Below are positions 1 to 8,096 of a DNA stretch of 49,362 bases, in pieces. Position 1 is the first letter of the stretch. The number at the start of each line of letters is the position of its first letter. The stretch is from Candidatus Altiarchaeota archaeon (lineage in GTDB: Archaea; Altiarchaeota; Altiarchaeia; IMC4; SCGC-AAA252-I15), in contig JBDRLL010000035.1 of the NCBI GenBank assembly GCA_043813075.1, positions 1-49,362 on the forward strand, in the 5' to 3' direction. The position numbers and the translations under genes were made by a program. The notes under the pieces are model-generated. The model saw only the letters and a program-made list of their open reading frames with translations. It was not told the DNA's origin and did no database searches.

Positions 1-132
1 TGGCTCCCAGAAATCTAAGATTTCTGCGGACGACAAAGAGCGTATTCGTCTTTGAGGAATACACTTGTGGCGTGAAATCGATGAGCCATCCTGTGACGTA
101 GGTCTTCAAGGGTTCGAATCCCTTCCCCCGCA
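1..132 (+). tRNA. tRNA-Leu (anticodon probably CAA or CAG), partial: intron remainder 1-87 and 3' exon 88-132
   Basis: 88-132 reads A-TCCTG-T, long variable arm GAC-GTAG-GTC, T arm AAGGG-TTCGAAT-CCCTT, acceptor strand CCCCCGC, discriminator A. TGAG-CC|A at 82-88 fits the 3' half of a bulge-helix-bulge pairing with CTCA at tRNA positions 32-35. The 5' exon lies outside the window. Confidence 0.85.
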
Positions 133-235
133 AGCTTTTAATATTCTTCAAGGGTTCGAACGCTCGGAATCGCAAGGCGATTCCGGCGCGCCAAAAGCCG
201 AAGGCTTTTGAGCGTCCCTTCCCCCGCAAGCTTTT
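103..235 (+). repeat. 37-bp direct repeat of the tRNA 3' end (att-like): 103-139 versus 145-160 plus 215-235
   Basis: TCTTCAAGGGTTCGAA|TCCCTTCCCCCGCAAGCTTTT occurs twice, identical except for a 54-bp insertion in the second copy. Confidence 0.9.
161..214. mobile_element. 54-bp double-hairpin palindromic insertion (REP/MITE-like)
   Basis: CGCTC...GAGCG ends enclose GGAATCGC-AAG-GCGATTCC and CAAAAGCC-GAA-GGCTTTTG. The empty site is visible in the intact tRNA copy. No target duplication. Confidence 0.65.
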
Positions 236-297
236 CCTCTTCGCTAATGCTCGTGGAGGGGGTGTGGGCTATGTGGTGTGGTTTTAGGTTAGTGAGT

Positions 298-465
298 TCA
301 TGGTTTGGGTTGCTTTTTTTTGGTTTGTTTTTTGTTTTTGAACCGGTTTTTCTTTTCTTGCTCGTCTTCTTCTCTTTTTCTTTCAAAATAGCTGCCTTCC
401 ATTTTGTCCAGGAATATAAACTTCTGCTTTTTCACTACCAGCGAATCAGTACCTTCATCGTCCAT
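298..465 (-). CDS. small basic hypothetical protein, 55 aa (MDDEGTDSLVVKKQKFIFLDK...)
   Basis: Manual translation; GGTGGTGG ribosome-binding site just upstream of the ATG; below the ORF-track size cutoff. Confidence 0.5.
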   Translation of the reverse strand: MDDEGTDSLVVKKQKFIFLDKMEGSYFERKREEDEQEKKNRFKNKKQTKKKQPKP

Positions 466-508
466 GTTCCACCACCAAAAAGTATATTAAGCACCCTTTA
501 AGAGGGTT

Positions 509-667
509 TTACTCGATATCCTCCAGTATTACTTCACCCTTAGGGCCTATCCGGTATCTAAGTTCAGTCCTCTCCTTCCAGTCCTTACCGTCCATGATGA
601 CTTTGGGTATGGTTATAAACGCCTGGGAATTCTTCTTGTTCACCTGGATTTTATAGGCTTTAACCAT
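509..667 (-). CDS. AbrB/MazE/SpoVT-like DNA-binding protein, 52 aa
   Basis: MVKAYKIQVNKKNSQAFITIPKVIMDGKDWKERTELRYRIGPKGEVILEDIE shows the ITIPK...W...L pattern of swapped-hairpin proteins; TATA-like box about 25 nt upstream. Confidence 0.7.
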   Translation of the reverse strand: MVKAYKIQVNKKNSQAFITIPKVIMDGKDWKERTELRYRIGPKGEVILEDIE

Positions 668-681
668 AGACTAGATATAGG

Positions 682-741
682 AATACTAGTATAAAAAGTA
701 ATATAGATACTATAAAATAGATTAGTATTTATACTAGTAAT
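682..741. promoter_or_regulatory. divergent promoter with inverted operator-like repeats
   Basis: AATACTAGTATAAA (682-695) and TTTATACTAGTAAT (728-741) match 13/14 as an inverted repeat. Each has a TACTAGTA palindrome overlapping a TTTATA box that faces outward. Confidence 0.55.
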
Positions 742-762
742 AGAATATGTTATTGTCCTTTG

Positions 763-909
763 ATGGGATCCAAGTATTGGAGGAAACACTCCGTCGGACC
801 CAAAAGGGGATTGTGGGTGCGCTTTGAGGGAACACCCCGAGTACCAGACAGGATAGAAAATAAGCGGAGAAATGCCATATTCAGTTTGGTACTCTTCAAT
901 TTAGAGTGA
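763..909 (+). CDS. small hypothetical protein, 48 aa
   Basis: ORF starting about 30 nt after the TTTATA box; no recognisable motif. Confidence 0.3.
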   Translation: MGSKYWRKHSVGPKRGLWVRFEGTPRVPDRIENKRRNAIFSLVLFNLE

Positions 910-972
910 TGATTGAGGGGATCCCGTAGGATAAGTCTCGAGTGCCAGGTGATACACGACCATTGTGGTGGA

Positions 973-1131
973 ATGAAGGGTATACTGTCTGGCACTATCC
1001 ACCCACCGACACACATAAGAATAGGGGGTCTTGAAATGAAACATGTGATAAAACAAAAAGGAAGGCATAGGGTCATAGAGTTCTATCCGGAAACCACGAT
1101 ATGGAAACATATGCCCAGAATACACGCTTAA
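973..1131 (+). CDS. small hypothetical protein, 52 aa
   Basis: ATG preceded by GGTGG, inside track ORF 913..1131. Confidence 0.35.
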   Translation: MKGILSGTIHPPTHIRIGGLEMKHVIKQKGRHRVIEFYPETTIWKHMPRIHA

Positions 1132-1174
1132 ATGACTTCAAGGAGCTAATACGTTATTGATTGTGGGTGATTAG

Positions 1175-1351
1175 ATGGATAGCGTCAAAAAGGGGGTTCA
1201 TGAAAACAGGGATTCTTGGGACGACGGAATCAAAGACATGGACGTTGCGGTTAATGATAAGGGGGAAACCGTAAGCGAAGGCATAACCCGGTTGAATACT
1301 GCTATAAAAAAAGACAAACGAAAGTTACGGGGTGGGAAAAAGCTAGAATGA
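1175..1351 (+). CDS. small hypothetical protein, 58 aa (MDSVKKGVHENRDSWDDG...)
   Basis: GGTGA ribosome-binding site; stop codon overlaps the next start (ATGA). Confidence 0.5.
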   Translation: MDSVKKGVHENRDSWDDGIKDMDVAVNDKGETVSEGITRLNTAIKKDKRKLRGGKKLE

Positions 1352-1473
1352 AAGACAGATACAAGAAAAACATCTCTGGTAGAGGCGTTTATGACTTCTC
1401 TGGCATTACAACCATAGGATTAGGTTATGACTCATTCACAGGCATACGCCCAAAGGATAGGCACGGGAAATAA
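1348..1473 (+). CDS. small hypothetical peptide, 41 aa
   Basis: ATGA overlap with the upstream ORF; internal YDFSGI/YDSFTGI repeat. Confidence 0.4.
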   Translation: MKDRYKKNISGRGVYDFSGITTIGLGYDSFTGIRPKDRHGK

Positions 1474-1742
1474 GCAAGGTGGGATTCACACTAAGATAGG
1501 GTGAATGTGTTGTTTAACAAGCCATGCGTATAGCATACGACCACCCATGAAGAGGACAATGCCCAGACACGCAAAACTTCGGATAAAGACAGGATTTTAT
1601 CATCAGCTAGTTCCTGGTTATATTCCACTGAGTTAATATCTTATCGTGAAACATCAACACCGTCTTGGTTATATCCAGCCACATCTTGAGAAAATGGCCT
1701 TAAGTTGGACGAGCCATAAACACAAGTAATTCGAATAGGAAA

Positions 1743-2948
1743 ATGTTTGGTCATATCATACCCCTAAATTCAGTGGAATCTCAGATGAGCTTGTTGCTGT
1801 TTGTGGCATTGGCCGGGCATATGTTAGCGTCTAAGCTGCGTCAACCTTCGTCAGTCGGGATAATCCTAGCGGGCATTTTGATTGGCCCCAGCTGGCTCAA
1901 CATGGTAACATACACGGATATTGTCTCCACGTTAGCCCATCTCGGCGCCGTCATCCTCCTTTTTAGCGTGGGCTTGAATTTCAGGCTGGATGAGATAACC
2001 AAGGTTAGGTACTTCTTCATCGCGTTGGCTGGAGTGATAATCCCATGGATTGGCGGATACTATATCTCAAAAGCATTCGGATTTGATTTTGGAGGAAGCG
2101 TCTTCATAGGGACTGTGCTTACAGCCACAAGCATAGCGGTTACTGCGAGCGCATTACAGGAGATGAAAAAACTGCATACTGAAGCTGCGAAGGCGATAAT
2201 CGGTGCCGCAGTAATAGACGATATCCTAGCTCTTCTGGCACTTTCTTTTTCACAGGAGCTGGTTGTCAGAACGGTCTCGGCAACTGAATTACTGGTAATC
2301 GGACTTAAGGCAGTGAGTTTTCTGATTATAGGCGCATTCCTAGGGTTCCACGTTTTTGCGCGTATCATCTCCGGGATAAAAAAAATATCTTCTGAGGTCA
2401 TATTCATTTCAGCCATCATGACCGCATTCTTATACAGCGTCATCGCGGCAATCCTTGGCATGTCGCCCATAATAGGCGCTTTTCTAGCTGGTGTTTCATT
2501 AAACCACGTGAGTCTGAGCAGGGCCGATAAGGGCTTCAAGTATGGCGTAACATATATGCAGATAATATTCGCCTCCATATTCTTCGCCTCTCTTGGAGTG
2601 CTCGTTGACCTACACACATTCACGCCGGACTTAGTATATTTCCTCATTGCTCTGACTGTCGTCGCCATTCTAACAAAGCTGATCAGCTGCGGAACAGCCG
2701 CAAAACTCCAGGGAATGAGCCTAAAAGACTCTTTAGAAGTGGGTTTAGGGATGTCGCCACGGGGGGAAGTCGCGTTAATCGTGGCTTTAATCGGCCTAAA
2801 CAAAAGTCTGATAAGCAGAGATATTTACTCTGCAATAGTCGTGATGATAATCCTCACAACCCTCTTCATGCCAATGATGCTGAAACGCATTATAATGATG
2901 AAAAAATACGGACAGGAATCTACGACCCCATCTCATGCAGATTATTAG
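1743..2948 (+). CDS. cation:proton antiporter, CPA2 (NapA/KefB-like) family
   Basis: Highly hydrophobic; motifs AGILIGP, TATSIAVT, GAAVIDDI, IGAFLAG, PRGEVALI. Confidence 0.93.
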   Translation: MFGHIIPLNSVESQMSLLLFVALAGHMLASKLRQPSSVGIILAGILIGPSWLNMVTYTDIVSTLAHLGAVILLFSVGLNFRLDEITKVRYFFIALAGVIIPWIGGYYISKAFGFDFGGSVFIGTVLTATSIAVTASALQEMKKLHTEAAKAIIGAAVIDDILALLALSFSQELVVRTVSATELLVIGLKAVSFLIIGAFLGFHVFARIISGIKKISSEVIFISAIMTAFLYSVIAAILGMSPIIGAFLAGVSLNHVSLSRADKGFKYGVTYMQIIFASIFFASLGVLVDLHTFTPDLVYFLIALTVVAILTKLISCGTAAKLQGMSLKDSLEVGLGMSPRGEVALIVALIGLNKSLISRDIYSAIVVMIILTTLFMPMMLKRIIMMKKYGQESTTPSHADY

Positions 2949-3051
2949 TTTTGTAACCCGAGAAAAAACATCAATCAGACGAATACTAATAAGTTAAAGA
3001 TGGGATATGAGGGGGGTATTATATTTTAATTCGGCAGTGTAATTGTCATTA

Positions 3052-5550
3052 ATGGACAGGCCTTTACCGTCTGACATGATTAAGCCACGCCCTGGTGGTG
3101 GCGGTAACTGGTGGGTTATCCTGGTTTTTATCGTTTCACTGATGCTGTTTATCGGCGCGGCAGTCCTGTTTTTCAGTTCAGGTGATGATGAGCCGAACCT
3201 AGGCCAGGCAGTGACTACCGTAAGCGACACGACCTTGAAGCCGGTCTCTGACAGTAAGCCGGGTCGGGGAGATTATAAACGTTTTGATTTTGGAAGATTC
3301 AGGTATAACATGTCTTTCTCGGATTACGGGTACGGGGAGACGAGCATACAGATGACTAGCGTCAAGTATGGCGGGGACTACAAGAACATTGTGACATACA
3401 AGAGTTACGGGACAGGCACCACATACGCGTCATATGTCATCGGAGGCAATACGTTCATATGCGTCGAAGAGCAGGGTTACGACATCCGCTGCTATGCGGA
3501 CTCGTCAATGGCGTCAAACCAGGAATTCTACGGGCTGATGGGCGAGATACCCTACGCCATGAGTGGGGATCTGACTGATGCAGGCCATTTGGAAGGCGGC
3601 CATTCAACGTTCACCGGGAAGGATAGGGTGGCTGGCAGGTCATGCTCGCTATTTGAGGTCGACGTCGTGCCAGGCTCCAACCGGAGCATCCTAAGCAGAC
3701 TCTCGTACGGAACGCTATACAGGTACTCGGAGGGTAATGTATCAGCACTAATCTGTCTGGACGATGAATACGGTTTCACATCCATGATCGCATTAAAGAC
3801 AAAAACGTATTCCCAGCTTGCGGGAGAGTCGGTTGAAGTCCCGTTCTTCTCGATTACGCTAACAGACTTCAGCCAGGCTATCACCCCAAATGACGTTATG
3901 CCCCCGTTAGGGATAGACTTCATCGTCAACAGGGTCAGATGCATGAAGGGCATGGTATCCGCAAACATCTCGTTCATAAGGGAAAAGCCAGCGGCCCTGA
4001 CTTTCAACGTCACGAGATACGAGTACGGCAGGTATGATGATGGCACGGGCGGATACGTGCCTGGGGGTTATAAGACGGTCGGTTTGGGTCTTGTTGAAGT
4101 CCCAACACATGAAGCGGATTCATACATCATGGAGTATAATGCAAGCGGATTGTCATCGAGTGATGAAGTCGCAATATGCTCTAAAAAACGCTGTGAGTCC
4201 AACGTATGCTACAGCTCCTACGGATACCCCACGTCAACAGTATCGACGGCGACAGGCTTTGCCAAAATCAAGCCGCAGCTGGCAGGAACTTGGATGAACT
4301 ACGATGGAGGATTCATCTCAATATTCACAAACGGGGTTGGCACGACAATACACGTCATCAACGCCAGCATAAAAAGCAGCTCAGTAGAATGCGTGCTAAG
4401 CCATACTTTAGATGGGATACTTGCGGGCGATAACTTCCAGTTTGTAGGAAAAGAATGCATTGACGATGAGGAAGACCCATACAATGCTATAGTAAGCATA
4501 ACATACACTGTCACGATAGGGGGCATAACGACAACACACACAGAAACAGGCACACTAAGGGGGCCGCTGGAAGACACTTATGAGGGGGAATGTGTAGGTC
4601 CGTTCACACTGTATGGTGGAGTCTGCCGTCTTGAAAGTGATTTTGAACACCCACAAAAGACTGGGGAGGAGGCTGTGACCGTCACCACCACAACATTATC
4701 ATCACACATTTGGAGTGTTGACCTGCCGGAGGGCGAGACACTATGCAGCAGGATAGATGGGTTGGAGAGGAATGAATGCTACAACCAGCTCGCAGAGGAG
4801 ACTATGGATCCGGAATTATGCGAGCAGATAGACAGCGCTTATGTGAGGGAATCCTGCAAGTCAGCCATAAAGGCCATAGATGAGGGAGACATGAAGGGAT
4901 GCGAGTATTTATCTGGGAAGCACACTACAGGCTGGTGTCAGACAGACGTTGCCGTCGCCCTCCAGGATCCAGGACTATGCCATGAGATAACGGAAAGCGA
5001 CTATACGAAATACTATTGCATCGTTGACGTGGCAGTCAAGCAGGGCAGGGTTGAGACGTGCCTGCTGATTCCTGAAGGAGCGTACCCGTCGCAGCAGGAT
5101 TGTGAGGACAGGGTTAGGGAGCAATTGGAGGGTATTGGGTTATGCTTTAACACTACTGGAGACTTGGATGGGGTGAGCACGCGGACGGAACAATGCTATA
5201 CTGGGATAATCCTCGACGCCCTAGACGCGGGAGTCTGCACAACGATAGACGGCGACGACAGGGACTGGTGCCTCAGGGCAGCAGCCATACTGACGAACGA
5301 CCAGCTGATATGCCAGACGATAAATGACGACCACATAAGGAACCGGTGCTACAGGCAGGTGGCGATAAACCTCAAAAGCGAGAGGATATGCGACAAGATG
5401 GATGCTGAATACGGGGTGGAAAGCCCTGAGTCATGCAAGGAGAGACTGAGGAGGGGTGGAGTCGCATTCTGCAGGCCGACAGACAACGACTTCGTGGAAT
5501 GCCTCAAGAAGATGCTGGATTCAGACGAGGGCGGCGGGGAGGAACAGTAG
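3052..5550 (+). CDS. membrane-anchored Cys-rich surface protein with an internal pilin-like domain
   Basis: N-terminal TM helix; central domain GFAKIKPQLAGT...RGPLE matches the pilins at 47434 and 48761; C-terminal C..I...R..CY repeats; start codon uncertain (3043/3052/3076). Confidence 0.85.
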   Translation: MDRPLPSDMIKPRPGGGGNWWVILVFIVSLMLFIGAAVLFFSSGDDEPNLGQAVTTVSDTTLKPVSDSKPGRGDYKRFDFGRFRYNMSFSDYGYGETSIQMTSVKYGGDYKNIVTYKSYGTGTTYASYVIGGNTFICVEEQGYDIRCYADSSMASNQEFYGLMGEIPYAMSGDLTDAGHLEGGHSTFTGKDRVAGRSCSLFEVDVVPGSNRSILSRLSYGTLYRYSEGNVSALICLDDEYGFTSMIALKTKTYSQLAGESVEVPFFSITLTDFSQAITPNDVMPPLGIDFIVNRVRCMKGMVSANISFIREKPAALTFNVTRYEYGRYDDGTGGYVPGGYKTVGLGLVEVPTHEADSYIMEYNASGLSSSDEVAICSKKRCESNVCYSSYGYPTSTVSTATGFAKIKPQLAGTWMNYDGGFISIFTNGVGTTIHVINASIKSSSVECVLSHTLDGILAGDNFQFVGKECIDDEEDPYNAIVSITYTVTIGGITTTHTETGTLRGPLEDTYEGECVGPFTLYGGVCRLESDFEHPQKTGEEAVTVTTTTLSSHIWSVDLPEGETLCSRIDGLERNECYNQLAEETMDPELCEQIDSAYVRESCKSAIKAIDEGDMKGCEYLSGKHTTGWCQTDVAVALQDPGLCHEITESDYTKYYCIVDVAVKQGRVETCLLIPEGAYPSQQDCEDRVREQLEGIGLCFNTTGDLDGVSTRTEQCYTGIILDALDAGVCTTIDGDDRDWCLRAAAILTNDQLICQTINDDHIRNRCYRQVAINLKSERICDKMDAEYGVESPESCKERLRRGGVAFCRPTDNDFVECLKKMLDSDEGGGEEQ

Positions 5551-5560
5551 AGACAGGTTA

Positions 5561-6364
5561 TTACTGATCAACATGGCGTTTGACGAATATGAGTCTTCCA
5601 AGATGGCCTGCCCCCGCCACAGGGTAGGTGCCTGATTGCGCTGCTTGAAGGCCGTTCACGGCCAGACGCTCCTGGAACACGTCCACGAATCTCGCGCTTT
5701 CACTGCTTTCGACAGGCCTTTCTTCTTGCCCTAACTCCATTGGCTGTGGCTTGCTCTCGTTAATCCCGATTAGGACGCTAGCGCCCCGGGGGTTTATTGT
5801 GCCGTCGACGTTGAGCTTGCGTATCATGTGGTCTGCCAGCTGGACCATGTATTCCCGCGTCCACGTTCTGTTAGGGACCCTGAGGTTTATCTCATCTAGA
5901 GAGCCGTCCTTGAATCCATCCAACGCGTTGTCGAGGGTGTCCCTGATGCAGAAGCTGAGTTTGCCGGGGAACTGCATTTGATGCCAGTCACTTATCCTCC
6001 GGTGAACCGACCTCTGTAGGCTTGACGCACTCCTACCGTGCAGGTGGAGTATCGTCCCATCACCCTGGGATAGGGTTATCGGAACGAGAGATAGTGGGCC
6101 GGGCTTGTGCACTCCACTGCCCTCATCCCTCCACCTGGCCATCTCATCCAGGTGCAGGGCCTGATACTTGCCATCTCCAATGCCGGCGTCAGAGTACCTG
6201 GCCCTTGCGTAGTGGCCGTATGACACTTGTTTTTCCGGGTCGCGGACTGTCGCGGATATCGCCCGGTACATTAGGTGGGTCTCGCCGGGCCCCATCAGCG
6301 CGGAACCGTCAAACTGCGGCTTAACCAGATGACCGGGGGTTTTCCGATTCTCTCCTAATGGCAT
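5561..6364 (-). CDS. hypothetical protein
   Basis: 267-aa ORF filling the gap between neighbours; no motif recognised. Confidence 0.7.
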   Translation of the reverse strand: MPLGENRKTPGHLVKPQFDGSALMGPGETHLMYRAISATVRDPEKQVSYGHYARARYSDAGIGDGKYQALHLDEMARWRDEGSGVHKPGPLSLVPITLSQGDGTILHLHGRSASSLQRSVHRRISDWHQMQFPGKLSFCIRDTLDNALDGFKDGSLDEINLRVPNRTWTREYMVQLADHMIRKLNVDGTINPRGASVLIGINESKPQPMELGQEERPVESSESARFVDVFQERLAVNGLQAAQSGTYPVAGAGHLGRLIFVKRHVDQ

Positions 6365-6438
6365 GTATTATACTAGGATTTCTGGCAGATATATAGGGCG
6401 TATTGTGTTATTTATCCCCCGGATTCCCTTGTATTCCT

Positions 6439-7287
6439 ATGGCACATGAGGAGGTGCACAGACGTGAGACAGCAGTCTACTATCCGACACTGATGCCGAT
6501 AGTTGTTGCACCTGGGAATAAGAGGCTTTACGAGGAAATGCAGGGCAGGCTAGATTCCATGACCCAGGCTACTGCCAGCGTGGGGCTACAATTGAATCAG
6601 GGGGTCATGGAAAGGCTGACTGAGATGGGCTTAACGCCTGAATTCAATGCTAGAAGCTTCAGATACAGGCATACAGTCTATGAGGAAGGTAAGCAGGATG
6701 GTGCCCAAGGAGGGGTGGATGCGTTGGCTTCGATACTCCTAGGGGGCGGCTCGCACGGCAGGGAAATCCACTTGAATGAGGTGCTTGATGCTGAAGGCAA
6801 ATCCAGATATGGTCTTGCCACAGTGTTCGGTGGTGACGGCAGCATCCAACTCAGATGCTTCGCAAACCCTGAGATGCTTGGGAGACTCAGGGAGGACATG
6901 CCGGAGTCAGGATACCAGGTTAGGGAATTCAGCACGTTCACTAGGACCCACATGAGGGTTGGGAGGATAGATTTATTCACAAACATTGACGTTAGCGTGC
7001 AAGATGCTGAACACTCATGGATCAACTGGAGGAAGACTGCGGGCGTTTCAGGAAGGCTGGAGGCGGGAGTGTTCGATGAGGACCCGATGTCAGTGAAAGG
7101 ATTACTGGATTTTGTCACGCACCTAGGATTCGGGCAGGAGATGGGTGTGGGAGGGCACGCAGGCCCCATAACAGGGAGGGGAAGCATTGCCGCATTAAGG
7201 CTGACTCACCGTGCGCCGCCGCCTATAGTTGACTTGAGCATCCCTGAAAACCACAGGCAATTCATTGAGGCGATAGGCGGGCGGTAG
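6439..7287 (+). CDS. hypothetical protein
   Basis: Long ORF divergent from the previous gene; ATG at 6439 chosen over TTG at 6403. Confidence 0.7.
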   Translation: MAHEEVHRRETAVYYPTLMPIVVAPGNKRLYEEMQGRLDSMTQATASVGLQLNQGVMERLTEMGLTPEFNARSFRYRHTVYEEGKQDGAQGGVDALASILLGGGSHGREIHLNEVLDAEGKSRYGLATVFGGDGSIQLRCFANPEMLGRLREDMPESGYQVREFSTFTRTHMRVGRIDLFTNIDVSVQDAEHSWINWRKTAGVSGRLEAGVFDEDPMSVKGLLDFVTHLGFGQEMGVGGHAGPITGRGSIAALRLTHRAPPPIVDLSIPENHRQFIEAIGGR

Positions 7288-7313
7288 GATAAGTCGGCGT
7301 TATCCGCTAGGAC

Positions 7314-8048
7314 TCAGTTTAGCGTTTTAAACGTCTTGACTTGGGCGTCGAATGTAGTGATGTATCTACTGTACGTATCTTCGCTCGTTGTTAAGGATAC
7401 CATGTAATACTTCTGACCGGTGTATATCACATACATTGTTATGCGCAGTTTAACGTTGCTGTAGGTGTATGCGAACACCATCCGGTAGCTAGTTAGGCCG
7501 TTTATATTCTTCTCCCCGAAGTTCAGCTTCTTGAAGTCCGTGTAGTTCTGGTTGAATTTGTCGAAGTCAGCTTCCATCTCGGCCATAGTCGGGATGCCTG
7601 TATACTTGAAGACGCCGATGTTGACGTTCTCATACAGGTTGTCTGAGGGACTGTCCTTGGGTGCGAAAAAGAATACCGTGGAATTCAAGTGCTTCTCCTG
7701 CACAATCCAGTCGGCTGGATAGTCAATCCTGAAGTTCTCATCAGCATTAGTATAGGTCAACCAACCGGTATTAGATGCTGTGGTGGCAGCAGCCGCCAGG
7801 GTAGTGGTTACCGGGGGCAACGTGGTTTCCGGGACGGTGGATTTCGGCTCTACGGGCTTGTCACGGTCGCAGATGTCGTCATAATTCTTGTCCAGACAGC
7901 ACTCGTTGCCCACACGAATGTAGGGCCTCTTGCAGACGAAAGACTTCAACGTGGTTGTAGACGTTTCCCCTGGAGGCGAGTAGCACATGCACCCGGACAA
8001 GATGACGGTAAAGGCTAGGAATAGGATCGTCTTACCCAGATAGGCCAT
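7314..8048 (-). CDS. lipoprotein-like protein with a C-terminal PsbP/DcrB-like domain
   Basis: Signal peptide ending LSGC, a CCLDxNxDxICD module, Thr-rich linker, and WLTYTN...FRIDYPADW start typical of PsbP-like domains. Confidence 0.75.
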   Translation of the reverse strand: MAYLGKTILFLAFTVILSGCMCYSPPGETSTTTLKSFVCKRPYIRVGNECCLDKNYDDICDRDKPVEPKSTVPETTLPPVTTTLAAAATTASNTGWLTYTNADENFRIDYPADWIVQEKHLNSTVFFFAPKDSPSDNLYENVNIGVFKYTGIPTMAEMEADFDKFNQNYTDFKKLNFGEKNINGLTSYRMVFAYTYSNVKLRITMYVIYTGQKYYMVSLTTSEDTYSRYITTFDAQVKTFKTLN

Positions 8049-8096
8049 CACTTGAATATGTGAATAGCGAGTATATAAGAGTTTTGCCCACAACAG

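Noticed and set aside
145-228. Second copy as a split or permuted tRNA half with a T-loop intron
   Set aside because: It lacks the variable and anticodon arms, and I see no convincing BHB at the insertion junctions
103-235. Possible mini CRISPR array
   Set aside because: The repeat is a tRNA 3' end, there are only two copies, no spacer-sized gap and no cas genes
138-501. Track ORFs 138..386 (-) and 208..501 (+)
   Set aside because: They run through the tRNA repeat and low-complexity sequence; 298..465 (-) has a proper ATG and ribosome-binding site
2060-2803. 247-aa antisense ORF
   Set aside because: Shadow of the antiporter gene
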